From positions 1-64,000 of the IMG/VR virus record IMGVR_UViG_3300033144_006696: 64,000 nt of DNA. The stretch is one strand, 5' to 3'. This document shows, in pieces, positions 1-8,748 of this stretch. Both the position numbers and the translations under genes were made by a program. The stretch's first letter is position 1. Each line of letters starts with the position of its first letter. Source of the stretch: a virus. The notes beneath the pieces were generated by a model. That model ran no database searches. It was given only the letters and a program-made list of their open reading frames with translations, and had not been told where the DNA came from.

Positions 1-72
1 ACTACTGTTGTTTTCGATAGCAGTACTACTGTTGTTTTCGATAGCAGTACTACTGTTGTTTTCGATAGCAGT
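1..72. repeat. Three exact tandem copies of 24-bp unit ACTACTGTTGTTTTCGATAGCAGT
   Basis: Copies at 1-24, 25-48, 49-72; may continue beyond window edge. Confidence 0.95.
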
Positions 73-423
73 ATATTCTCTGTCATATAATCTTGAATAT
101 GGAAAGAGATATTCACTTACTTCTTGTCCCTTGATTGATTGTGTGGTTTTGTGTGGTTTTGTTATTAATAATCCTAATTTTTTTGCTTTTTTAATATTTA
201 TATCTATTGCAGACACACTACAACCACATGCTTTTGCCAATGTTTTTCTACTTGGATATGCTTTTCCATTTCTACCAGAAAATAAAAACAATCTTCCCAT
301 TAAAATCTTTACAGTACTTGGTACAAATGGACATTCTACTAATCCAATTGGTATGTTTATTCCAATAAACATATTAAAAGGATTGAAAGGAACTCCTTCT
401 TCAAGAATCTTTTTGTAAGTCAT
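1..423 (-). CDS. Phage replication initiator-like protein, N-terminal winged HTH; partial, runs off window start
   Basis: Manual translation from ATG at 423: MTYKKILEEGVPFNPFNMFIG...GKAYPSRKTLAKACGCSVSAIDINIKKAKKLGLL...EY(TAIENNSS)x3. The YPSRKTLA..CG.S..I...K.LGLL pattern is the HTH of phage Rep/O-like proteins. Absent from ORF track because it has no stop in the window. Confidence 0.7.
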   Translation of the reverse strand, partial: MTYKKILEEGVPFNPFNMFIGINIPIGLVECPFVPSTVKILMGRLFLFSGRNGKAYPSRKTLAKACGCSVSAIDINIKKAKKLGLLITKPHKTTQSIKGQEVSEYLFPYSRLYDREYTAIENNSSTAIENNSSTAIENNSS

Positions 424-564
424 TTCATACACCATTCATATTTTGATAATTAACTCTTGTATAATTATCTAAAACATAGTATATTACATTCAACTTGTTT
501 GTTTTAGATATTTATATGGTTTAAGGTTTTATTTATATTATGGGAATATAAATAAAACCTTTTT

Positions 565-1062
565 TTATTTTTTAATCTCTATCATTTGTTCAATTGATGG
601 TATATGCCAATATAAAACACCATTATAGTTTAGTGATATATGTTCATTCTTTGATTGCATTTTATTTAATTCCCATTTGGTGATTTTAAAATGTTTTTTT
701 GTCCATATTAGTCCTTTCCATATTTCCATATTTTTTGTTTGTATTATTGATAATATATTATGACTATTCAATATGGACATAAATAGTTTTTCTTGGTGTG
801 CTTTGTCTTTACATACACGAACTGAATAATGTGTAAATTCTACTAATTTTTTTGAATTCATCACTATTTGGTCAACTTGTTTTTCAGAGCACATTTTTAC
901 TTTGGTTATGAGTAGTTTTTTCGTTTCTTCATTTTTTTCTTCATACAAGAATACTAATACAACAGGTTTACCTCCAATAGATTCTGGCTTTTCTTTCTTG
1001 TCTTTATCAAATTGTTTAAATATCTGTGTAAGTGTTTTTGGTTTTATTAAGTTTTTGTTCAT
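565..1062 (-). CDS. Hypothetical protein
   Basis: 165-aa ORF, SD-like AAGGGG upstream, co-oriented with neighbours. Confidence 0.55.
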   Translation of the reverse strand: MNKNLIKPKTLTQIFKQFDKDKKEKPESIGGKPVVLVFLYEEKNEETKKLLITKVKMCSEKQVDQIVMNSKKLVEFTHYSVRVCKDKAHQEKLFMSILNSHNILSIIQTKNMEIWKGLIWTKKHFKITKWELNKMQSKNEHISLNYNGVLYWHIPSIEQMIEIKK

Positions 1063-1128
1063 TGATACCCCTTCTTTTTATGATTACTTCTTTTGTTAGT
1101 TCCCATAAAGCATTTTTCATTAATTTCA

Positions 1129-1386
1129 TCATTTTTTTGTTATTAATTTTAATTTTCTTAATTTTCTATAAACTCGTTCACCTTTTGATTTTTTCCATCC
1201 AATAGATTCACAAATATGTTCTATATCTTTGCAGTAATTAAATTTTTGGTTAAATCTACAAGCATCTTTTATTTCAATCATTAAAAGTTTTTCTGAATCT
1301 GTGATTGATAATGCTAAAATATAAGTAGGTACTATTAATGGATTATCAAATCTTAAGTCATATTCTTCATCTGTTGTTAATTTCAT
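1129..1386 (-). CDS. Small winged-HTH protein (Rep N-terminal-like)
   Basis: IVPTYILALSITDSEKLLMIEI...EHICESIGW...ERVYRKLRKLKLI resembles the HTH of phage replication proteins. Confidence 0.5.
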   Translation of the reverse strand: MKLTTDEEYDLRFDNPLIVPTYILALSITDSEKLLMIEIKDACRFNQKFNYCKDIEHICESIGWKKSKGERVYRKLRKLKLITKK

Positions 1387-1705
1387 TTATAATTTTACTC
1401 CAGTCTATATAATACCATGTTGCTGGTGGATGACCTTCTCTTTTTGTCACAACAAAATCAAGTTTTTTAATCTTCTTTTTTGCAAAAATAACTTCACCTT
1501 TTGAAAAAAGAAGATCATCCTCAATTTGCTCATTTGTTATTCTGATTGGATTAATTTTTCTATTATTTGATTTTTTCAAAAGGTATGATAAAAGTAATCC
1601 ACTCTTTGTAGTTTTTGTTATTTTTGCAAATTGTGGAATATACCAAACATCATTTGATTTATCGTCATTTGCCAATTTGTCTAATTGCTTTTCATTAATT
1701 TTCAT
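1367..1705 (-). CDS. Phage replication protein N-terminal winged-HTH-like domain
   Basis: YIPQFAKITKTTKSGLLLSYLL...TNEQIEDDLLFSKGEVIFAKKKIKKLDFV...REGHPPATWYYIDW matches the common phage replisome-organizer N-terminus. Confidence 0.55.
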   Translation of the reverse strand: MKINEKQLDKLANDDKSNDVWYIPQFAKITKTTKSGLLLSYLLKKSNNRKINPIRITNEQIEDDLLFSKGEVIFAKKKIKKLDFVVTKREGHPPATWYYIDWSKIINEINNR

Positions 1706-1774
1706 AGTAATTCCTTATTGTTTGTTTTCATACTATTATAGTTTGCTATAAAAAGTCAATATTTATTTTTATAA

Positions 1775-2299
1775 TTATACTCCCCAAATTTCTTCAGTTA
1801 TTTCAGGATATCCCGCATTATTCATTTGTACTTGTACTGCTATTGGGGCAATAAATTCTTTGCTAAATTTAATCGCTGTTTCTGTATCTTGTATTTTTTC
1901 ATATATTTCTTGAGATGTTCTTTCAGATAACCATTCAAATGCTTTTTCTTTTGGGTATCCTTCTTTATTAAAACAGAGATATTTTGATGCCCAAACCCAT
2001 CCTTTTTCTGTTTTGAAATTGTATGATGCTTTTAATATTTTTTCTTTATTCTTTTTGTGTATTGAATAAGTTACTCGTTTTAATTTATATTCACCATTAA
2101 TTTCATTTTTTGGTTTTTCAGTATCAGCTTCAAATAATTCATTATCAATAACTTTGAATTTTGAACATGAATCTAAATTGTTGAAATAAAAAATAGAACA
2201 TTTTTCTCCCATTTTTTTCATTATTTTGGAAATTTCTGAGTAATTTTGTGCTTCTATGATTAACAATTCTTCATCTATTAATACAATAAACTTTTCCAT
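1775..2299 (-). CDS. Protein with C-terminal domain resembling the tail of phage SF2 (RadD/YejH-like) helicases
   Basis: VTYSIHKK...LKASY...YLCFNKEGYPKEKAFEWL...APIAVQV...GYPEI pattern. Confidence 0.5.
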   Translation of the reverse strand: MEKFIVLIDEELLIIEAQNYSEISKIMKKMGEKCSIFYFNNLDSCSKFKVIDNELFEADTEKPKNEINGEYKLKRVTYSIHKKNKEKILKASYNFKTEKGWVWASKYLCFNKEGYPKEKAFEWLSERTSQEIYEKIQDTETAIKFSKEFIAPIAVQVQMNNAGYPEITEEIWGV

Positions 2300-2505
2300 T
2301 TTTTATCCTTTTTGATTTTTCTTTTGATCCTCTGTAATTGTTTCTTTGATGGTATTCAAAAGTATTTTTGTCATGCTTTAGCTATGTGTTTAGTAGTGCA
2401 GAACATACCATCCTTATCTGATGCCCCAAAAAACTTACAAACATCTTTATTTCTTTCTGAAAATAATATATTTTGATTTTGGGGCAGTTAATGTCATGTC
2501 GTTAG

Positions 2506-2550
2506 TTATAAAAGTTCAAGGTTTGTTAATTCAACCTTGAACTTTTATAA
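2506..2550. terminator. Perfect 18-bp inverted repeat, 9-nt loop (probable terminator)
   Basis: TTATAAAAGTTCAAGGTT / AACCTTGAACTTTTATAA just downstream of the 2579-2902 gene. Confidence 0.6.
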
Positions 2551-2578
2551 TTCAATCAGTATGTTTTGTTATGTTTTG

Positions 2579-2902
2579 TTATACCTCCAAATCTTTAATT
2601 TCGTCAGCTATCAGTTTTAAAAGATCTTCAGGAATATCTGAATCATCGTACTCATTTTTCATAAACCATTCTGCGGCTTCTTGATTACTGATTTCTATAT
2701 ATGTTTCTTGTGATCCCTCCCATCTTGACCATCCATTTAATATCCACTTTCCAGAAGTTGTTCTGTAAAGGATATGATTGCAGTGTTGTCCGGCAGATTT
2801 GGAAATATTATTATTACCATCCCAATCATTCGCATCTTTAAATTCTTGTGCTTTTTCTGGATTAAACCATTTACCATCACCATCTGTAATTGCAATTCTC
2901 AT
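2579..2902 (-). CDS. Hypothetical protein; intact paralog of the pseudogene at 12291-12616
   Basis: 107-aa ORF with AGGAG SD; colinear similarity to 12291-12616. Confidence 0.75.
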   Translation of the reverse strand: MRIAITDGDGKWFNPEKAQEFKDANDWDGNNNISKSAGQHCNHILYRTTSGKWILNGWSRWEGSQETYIEISNQEAAEWFMKNEYDDSDIPEDLLKLIADEIKDLEV

Positions 2903-2923
2903 AGCTAAATCTCCTATTGTAAT

Positions 2924-3163
2924 TTAAATTCTTCTTTCTTTTCCAACACGCATTAATTCCAATTTGTTATGTATTTGATTACGTATATGTTCTATATTAC
3001 ATAATTGGTCTATTCTCTTCAGGAGAATTTCTGCCTCTTCCTTCTTAACAAATATCCGAATAGTTGAAGAAATTATAACTGTTCTGATATTTATCATGTC
3101 AATTACTTCTTTCATGTTCATTTTTTCAGCTCCCTTCTTGAAATTGATTGTTTGTAATGGCAA
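2924..3163 (-). CDS. Hypothetical protein
   Basis: ORF track, co-oriented. Confidence 0.4.
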   Translation of the reverse strand: MPLQTINFKKGAEKMNMKEVIDMINIRTVIISSTIRIFVKKEEAEILLKRIDQLCNIEHIRNQIHNKLELMRVGKERRI

Positions 3164-3359
3164 TGGTCACACTCGTAGGTATTGATCCACAATGCTTGTG
3201 AGATTTTGGGAGTGATATTAAACATTACCCCAGTTTTGCATTTAGGACAAACGATCTCTTTGAGATTCATCTTTGTTTTAGTCAATTTTTAATCTTCCTT
3301 TTTTATATTCAATCTATAATTAGAACTTTATTCTGAGAACTTCTTTTAGGCTCAGTTTT

Positions 3360-3797
3360 TTATTTTTTAATTTTTTGAATTCTTCTTTGTTTTTTCTTGA
3401 CAAGTGATGCAGCAAGATTTGTATTTTTTTCTTTGATCTCTTTATCAACATTAGAATCTGTTTCAAGATCATCGTTTGTAGTCGTTTTTTGTACTCTGCT
3501 TTTTGTTTTTACATCTTGTTTGTCTTCTTCATTGCAAATAAATTTTACATGCTCCTGAAGCAACTGAATTGCTTCTTTATAAACTGATATCAATTCTTCA
3601 AGAGATCCATCCATATCACCAATTCTATCAATTATCGCCAGAGCTACTTTTTCTGTATTAGGGTGATATGTTTCTTTGACAACTTGTCTTTTCTCACCAG
3701 CATATTTTCCTTTGTTTAGTGTTGTTAATTTTTTCTCTTTTAATGTCCAGCCATGACTATCTTTAGAAATTGTGAAGTTTGAATTGATTTTTATCAT
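3360..3797 (-). CDS. Hypothetical protein
   Basis: 145-aa ORF, GGGGAG SD. Confidence 0.6.
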   Translation of the reverse strand: MIKINSNFTISKDSHGWTLKEKKLTTLNKGKYAGEKRQVVKETYHPNTEKVALAIIDRIGDMDGSLEELISVYKEAIQLLQEHVKFICNEEDKQDVKTKSRVQKTTTNDDLETDSNVDKEIKEKNTNLAASLVKKKQRRIQKIKK

Positions 3798-3901
3798 GAT
3801 CAGTATCTCCCCTTTTGTTTTTCTTCATATTGTCATATATAGCAGTAATAATCCATGTAGATTGCTTCAACGGTTAATCTTGTTTTTTGTGTTGGCTGTT
3901 T

Positions 3902-4843
3902 TTAATATTTTCCGTCAATCTTTCCACGAATAAATCTTAAATCTTCTTTTGATAAGGTATCGGGATCAGTTCCTTCTGGGAGATCCAGAATTTCTACATT
4001 GACAAATGGAGCAAGTTCATTTGCCAATTTATTTGCTCCTTCTATTCCTGCTTGATCACTGTCGAATATTATTATCACCTTGCTATATTTTGATAATATC
4101 AGTTTTTGTTTTGACGTAAGAGTAACACCAAATCCAGTTACTGCACCATTTCCAATTCTGTATTTGTCAAAAATCCCTTCAACCAAGCAGCAAATGACAC
4201 CGTTTGTGAATTCAGTCCCGTAGATTAATTCTTTTACATGAACAACTGAAAGCTCCTTTGATAAATGTTTATAGCGTAATTTTGAATCTTTAGAAATATC
4301 AATGCTTGTATATGTTAAAATTTTATTCCTGTTGTAAATTGGAACTATTATACGATTTGCCCATTTTCCTGATGACTTACAAAAATGGAGATTATATTTT
4401 TTTGTGAGATATATTGGATCAAACCTGCGTCCTTTCAAATAATTGGCATGTCTATTCCCTATTATTGATTTAGCTTCATCAGGAATATTGACCTTAATAC
4501 TTCTTGTTTGTTCACTTCTTTGATATGGTATTTTCAGTTCCCTGGACTCATGTTTGTGTAATATATCCAGAGCTTTTTCAAAAGATTGAAGTTCTTCTAT
4601 CAGGTAAGTTAAATAATTGCCAGTTTTTCCACATTTAAAACAACTTATAACAGGACTTTTAAGACATAAACCTAAGTGATTTGATTCATCATCCATACAA
4701 AATGGGCAGCTAACACCTATCCATCCCAACGAGACATTCTTTCCTGATTCAAAATATTCTATTTCAAGATCATCAAGAATTTCTCTAATATCAATGTTAT
4801 CTAATTGGATATTTTTGTATTTTCTTCTTTTTATTTGTCTCAT
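3902..4843 (-). CDS. DNA primase (Zn-binding domain + TOPRIM)
   Basis: CPFC...CFKC zinc finger; VEGIFD, IFDSDQAG and TDPD TOPRIM acidic motifs. Confidence 0.85.
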   Translation of the reverse strand: MRQIKRRKYKNIQLDNIDIREILDDLEIEYFESGKNVSLGWIGVSCPFCMDDESNHLGLCLKSPVISCFKCGKTGNYLTYLIEELQSFEKALDILHKHESRELKIPYQRSEQTRSIKVNIPDEAKSIIGNRHANYLKGRRFDPIYLTKKYNLHFCKSSGKWANRIIVPIYNRNKILTYTSIDISKDSKLRYKHLSKELSVVHVKELIYGTEFTNGVICCLVEGIFDKYRIGNGAVTGFGVTLTSKQKLILSKYSKVIIIFDSDQAGIEGANKLANELAPFVNVEILDLPEGTDPDTLSKEDLRFIRGKIDGKY

Positions 4844-4880
4844 AGGCTTCTAAGCTTGTTAAAATTTCTGCTTTTATTCT

Positions 4881-5240
4881 TCAAGATATTTTAGTTGTAG
4901 TTTTGTCGCATAATTCACTAAGTTTATTGAAATTTCTACATATAAGAACAACTTTTTCAGCTATTTCTTTTGTCATTAGCTTCATATGACATTCTTTTGG
5001 AGGGATTCCAAGACTTTTTGTTAACCAAGCATAGGCTACAGACCTTTTCATGAGTTTACTTTTCCAAATGATATCAAATGCTTGGTGAGCTTTTATTCTG
5101 GCAGCGTGTGTATTAGAATCTACAAGTGGGGATTCACCCCAACTCCACAAATTGCATGCTTGACAATAATTTTTACATCCATACTTAGTATTTGTTGTTT
5201 TTGCTTTTTTCCCGCAAGTAGGACAGTATATTGTCACCAT
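4881..5240 (-). CDS. DUF3268-like zinc-finger protein
   Basis: CPTCG...CQAC...RIKAHQAFDIIWKS...RSVAYAWL...LGIP..ECHM. Confidence 0.65.
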   Translation of the reverse strand: MVTIYCPTCGKKAKTTNTKYGCKNYCQACNLWSWGESPLVDSNTHAARIKAHQAFDIIWKSKLMKRSVAYAWLTKSLGIPPKECHMKLMTKEIAEKVVLICRNFNKLSELCDKTTTKIS

Positions 5241-5242
5241 AT

Positions 5243-5590
5243 TTACTCCTCCCGGCCAGGAGCTGGATGGTTTGATAAATCTTCTCCATCAGCAATTGCC
5301 TGTATGATAAGATCCCAATCACCTTTTTTCCAGGAATAGAAAGTAGGATTCCTTTTACAACAAACACAGTTTGGGTAGTTTCTTGTAATTCGCGGTTTTC
5401 CATCCTTAAAAATAGTGCTAACCGGGTTACTTTTATTATTGGCACACTCCACTGGATAAGGCAGTCTATTTTCGTAATAGGAACACCAACGACCAATCTT
5501 TTTAGGTTTTATAATTTTTGTGATTTTTCTGGCTTTTTTGATTATTGGTTTCTGTATTTTTCTATATTTTTCTTTTAATACTCTTGTCAT
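5243..5590 (-). CDS. Hypothetical protein (basic N-terminus, Cys-rich)
   Basis: ORF track, GGAG SD at end of upstream gene region. Confidence 0.55.
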   Translation of the reverse strand: MTRVLKEKYRKIQKPIIKKARKITKIIKPKKIGRWCSYYENRLPYPVECANNKSNPVSTIFKDGKPRITRNYPNCVCCKRNPTFYSWKKGDWDLIIQAIADGEDLSNHPAPGREE

Positions 5591-5634
5591 ATTAGATCCT
5601 TAATTGTAATTTTATCATTTTTTCATTCAATTTT

Positions 5635-5835
5635 TTATCTGGCATTTCTATACTCTGCTTCCTTGCCAAGTTCACAATCACAGTATGACCATTCAGAACC
5701 TGATCCTCTACATACCTTGCATGATGATCCATCATACATGCCTTCTCCAGATCCATTACAAGCTCTACATAAACCTTCTATGATGCCATTTTCACAAAGT
5801 TCACAAATTTCAACTTCTTTAGTTTTCTCAGCCAT
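5635..5835 (-). CDS. Small DnaJ-like CxxCxGxG zinc-finger protein
   Basis: CELCENG, CRACNGSG, CKVCRGSG repeats; AGGAG SD. Confidence 0.6.
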   Translation of the reverse strand: MAEKTKEVEICELCENGIIEGLCRACNGSGEGMYDGSSCKVCRGSGSEWSYCDCELGKEAEYRNAR

Positions 5836-5877
5836 GTTGTTTCTCCTTGATTGGTGTTATATAAAAATTTTTAATTC

Positions 5878-5906
5878 TTGACAATATATAAATTATATTG
5901 TACTCT
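5878..5906 (+). promoter_or_regulatory. sigma70-like promoter pointing into the non-coding structured region
   Basis: TTGACA (5878-5883), 17-bp spacer, TACTCT (5901-5906). Confidence 0.6.
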
Positions 5907-5912
5907 TTATTA

Positions 5913-6325
5913 ATTAATGGGGTTCTTTGGCTGGCTTTCTTACACCTCAATAAAATTAGTTCCTGACTAATCAAAAAGCAGAAGCCGTAAAATTTATTTT
6001 CAGGAAAGTGAAGTATTAGTGGGTGTGACCCGCACCACTTCGGTATATATAAGTCAGGGAGATTTATTCTCCCTAACGACACACACAAAGCGACTACGGC
6101 ATATGGAATTTTCCATAATCGGTAGGGTGAGCGCAGATGGACCCTGCGAAATCAAATTGTTGACTTAGTAAACCTAATACTTCCACTTAATTTATTTTCA
6201 TAAAATAGAAAACAAGAAATAAATTAAGTTCTGGCCTGTTCCCGCTCAGTCAGCTCACACAATTTCCTGTGTGTGTGGAATACGGGTTAGCAGTTCTATG
6301 TCTTGTGCATGGTTTTTCTTCCTTT
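5913..6325 (+). ncRNA. Candidate ~400-nt structured ncRNA, unidentified
   Basis: No credible ORF, GC-richer than flanks, at least eight helices visible by eye, upstream promoter and downstream T-rich tract. Confidence 0.45.
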
Positions 6326-6427
6326 TTTTTTCTTTTATGTGTTGTTTTTTGCTGCTTTAATTGAGTTTTAAATCAATCTCATACTCTGATACTCAAAAGA
6401 TTTAAAACTCTGTTAAATCAACTAAAA

Positions 6428-6700
6428 TTAACTTTGAATCAGTGAATTTTTATCATAACTTAAATAATTTCTAATTTTTGATGTGCGATTTGTATGGTTT
6501 TTTCTAAATTCAACAGTCTTACCAATTTCTTTCATTGATTTTATGAATTTTGTAAGATCACTATCCTCTTCCAGGTAAATATTATCATCCCGCATGTAAG
6601 AATAAGTTGATATTTTATTTTGAATCCCTAATTTTTTAATTAAAGATTTTTGAACTTTCAACCAACCATGACCAGGATCGCTAAAAAATTGGAATTTCAT
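6428..6700 (-). CDS. Conserved hypothetical protein (SDPGHGWL...YLEED type)
   Basis: Recognisable FSDPGHGWLKV...ISTYSY...YLEEDSD motif common in phages and plasmids. Confidence 0.7.
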   Translation of the reverse strand: MKFQFFSDPGHGWLKVQKSLIKKLGIQNKISTYSYMRDDNIYLEEDSDLTKFIKSMKEIGKTVEFRKNHTNRTSKIRNYLSYDKNSLIQS

Positions 6701-6921
6701 AAATTTTCCTCCTTCAATTTATCAATCAGATCTTGTAATTTGCCATCAAAAGGATTGTTATTTCCCATTGCTTGATTAAGCCCATACTCATTGTAGATAT
6801 AATAATTAGAAGCTATCTGAAAGTTTTTCAAAACACCAGTATATACCACAGAATCAATTAATCTTCTTGCTTCTGTGATAAGTTCCATTGCCTTTTCAAT
6901 TTTTTGAATATTTTTACTCAT
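6697..6921 (-). CDS. Hypothetical protein
   Basis: ORF overlapping next gene by ATGA. Confidence 0.5.
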   Translation of the reverse strand: MSKNIQKIEKAMELITEARRLIDSVVYTGVLKNFQIASNYYIYNEYGLNQAMGNNNPFDGKLQDLIDKLKEENL

Positions 6922-7455
6922 TTATCCACCATTGTATATGTTTATGAACGTATTTAAATGTCGGACTTGAGCTATTGTAATTTTTCAATTAAGACATTGT
7001 TCCGCTGCAAGATGATGACAAATAGCTTCATTAAAATCTTTGTATTGTCCGAAATTTGTCTTTTTATTATTTACTGTGATATAAGATTTATATTTTGATC
7101 TTTTATTTTTACATACACCTTTAACTCCACTTTTATTGTTTTTTAAATTTCTTATATTTCGTGTATTATATTGTTGTGATATTTCTCTGAGATTAGAAAT
7201 CCAATTATGGTGTTTTATTCTATCTTTATGATTAATATCATTTTCAGGCCAATACCCATAAATATATAACCAAGCCAAACGATGTGCAGTATAATTGTTT
7301 TTATTAATTGTTATCTAAATATATCCATCTGAATTTTTACATCCTGCAATATTTCCAATTTTAATTTTTCTTTTTGATACTTTCCATTTAAATATTCTGT
7401 TTAATGGATTGTAATTTAATTGTTTTTTCAATTCCTTGTATGTTAATTTTGCCAT
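6914..7455 (-). pseudogene. Degraded HNH-AP2 homing endonuclease
   Basis: MAKLTYKELKKQLNYNP...GYI*ITIN...AHRLAWLYIYGYWPENDINHKD..NWISNLR...NKSGVKGV; in-frame TAG at 7315-7317 and an apparent 1-nt deletion at about 6985 (TGG to TGA) before ...NSSSPTFKYV. Confidence 0.75.
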
Positions 7456-7567
7456 TTTTTCTTTCTTTGTTCCAATATTTGCTTTTGCAATTTGGACACA
7501 ATACAGGTTTATTTTTTGTTCTTGGGTACCATTTGTGCAGGCATCTTAAACATTGTAATTTTTTCAT
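7388..7567 (-). CDS. Small zinc-ribbon protein upstream of the HNH pseudogene
   Basis: Manual translation MKKLQCLRCLHKWYPRTKNKPVLCPNCKSKYW... (59 aa), AGGAG SD. Confidence 0.55.
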   Translation of the reverse strand: MKKLQCLRCLHKWYPRTKNKPVLCPNCKSKYWNKERKNGKINIQGIEKTIKLQSIKQNI

Positions 7568-7618
7568 ATGCTCCTCCTTTATTTATTACTTAACATAAGT
7601 AAGTTTTGTTGTCAAGAA

Positions 7619-7810
7619 TTATTCATCAATCCAAAAACGACCATCTTCATCAATACTTAAGAGTGCATCCGGTGATATTGAAGGTTTTCCTATATAAATT
7701 AAACCCTCTTTGATGTATTCTTTGACGGAATTTTCATCAATTTCTTGTTTGGCATAATACTTTACTGCTGAAATTTCATTAATAAAATAAGCAGTTCCTA
7801 AAAAAACCAT
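7619..7810 (-). CDS. Hypothetical protein
   Basis: ORF with AAGGAG SD. Confidence 0.55.
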   Translation of the reverse strand: MVFLGTAYFINEISAVKYYAKQEIDENSVKEYIKEGLIYIGKPSISPDALLSIDEDGRFWIDE

Positions 7811-8037
7811 TTTATTCTCCTTTTATAGGTTGTATGATTTTTACATCCTTTCTGGCTTGTCTTGTATCAGGCATTTCATTTATGCTAATTCGTTCTATTG
7901 TGATATTGTGAAGACTTACACCATATGCTTTTGCTTCTTTGTGGTGCCCATCGTTTTACATCACAATGATCTCCCCGCACCACTTCTCTATGAAACATCA
8001 TTGTTTTGGTTAATGTAACTTTGAATAAATTCATTTT

Positions 8038-8748
8038 TTATTCTTCTTTTATTTTTCTGCGCTTCTTTGGTCTTGTATATGTTATATGTTTCCAAGTTTT
8101 TTTATTCCATATATTTCCCACTGTACCACCACTAACATTAAATAATCTACCAACTTCAGACTGTGTTAGTTTTTCTTTTAAACTTAATATTTTTTTAACT
8201 TCATATTCTGTAAGTTTTGCCTTTGTATTTTTTATCCCTCTTGCTGATCTTCCTTTATTTTTCATATCTTGAAAATTATCTATGTGAGTTCCAAGAAATA
8301 AATGATCTGGATTTATGCATTTAGGATTATCACATGTATGACATACCTGTTTATCTTTTGGATCAATTCCTTTTAGATACTTGAATACGTATCTTGAAGC
8401 TAATGGTGATTCTTTGCTACGTGTACCACTTATTCTTGCATATCCTTTTATAAGTGATTTTGTCCAATTCCAGCAATTTGTTTTTGGGTCAATTTCAATT
8501 CTTGAAATTACAAAATCTTTATGTGATTGTTTATTTTTATTTTTTTTACCATTTTTTGATCTTGCTTCCAGAGCAAGACAGCCACAAGATTGTGTTTTTC
8601 CTACCCCACGAACTATTGCTGTTTTTCCACAATCACATTTACATTCCCAAAAAGTACATTGATTTTTTATATATGCTAATTTTATAAATGTTAATCTTCC
8701 ACGTTTTATTCCTGTTAGTTCTAACCTTTTACTCATGATCATCCCCAC
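8038..8748 (-). CDS. HNH homing endonuclease (N-terminal CxCxCG module, HNH, C-terminal HTH)
   Basis: WECKCDCG; CWNWT; VCHTCDNPKCINPDHLFLGTHIDN; AKLTEYEVKKI. Confidence 0.85.
   Translation of the reverse strand: MGMIMSKRLELTGIKRGRLTFIKLAYIKNQCTFWECKCDCGKTAIVRGVGKTQSCGCLALEARSKNGKKNKNKQSHKDFVISRIEIDPKTNCWNWTKSLIKGYARISGTRSKESPLASRYVFKYLKGIDPKDKQVCHTCDNPKCINPDHLFLGTHIDNFQDMKNKGRSARGIKNTKAKLTEYEVKKILSLKEKLTQSEVGRLFNVSGGTVGNIWNKKTWKHITYTRPKKRRKIKEE

Noticed and set aside
1-72. CRISPR or mini-array
   Set aside because: Repeats are contiguous with no spacers and are in frame within a gene.
8-418. Plus-strand 136-aa ORF (FSIAVLLL repeats)
   Set aside because: Shadow of the minus-strand Rep-like gene; no SD and implausible composition.
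5913-6325. tmRNA, tRNA, group I intron or hammerhead identity for the structured region
   Set aside because: No T-loop/CCA end, no ordered P/Q/R/S elements and no CUGANGA...GAAA core found by eye.
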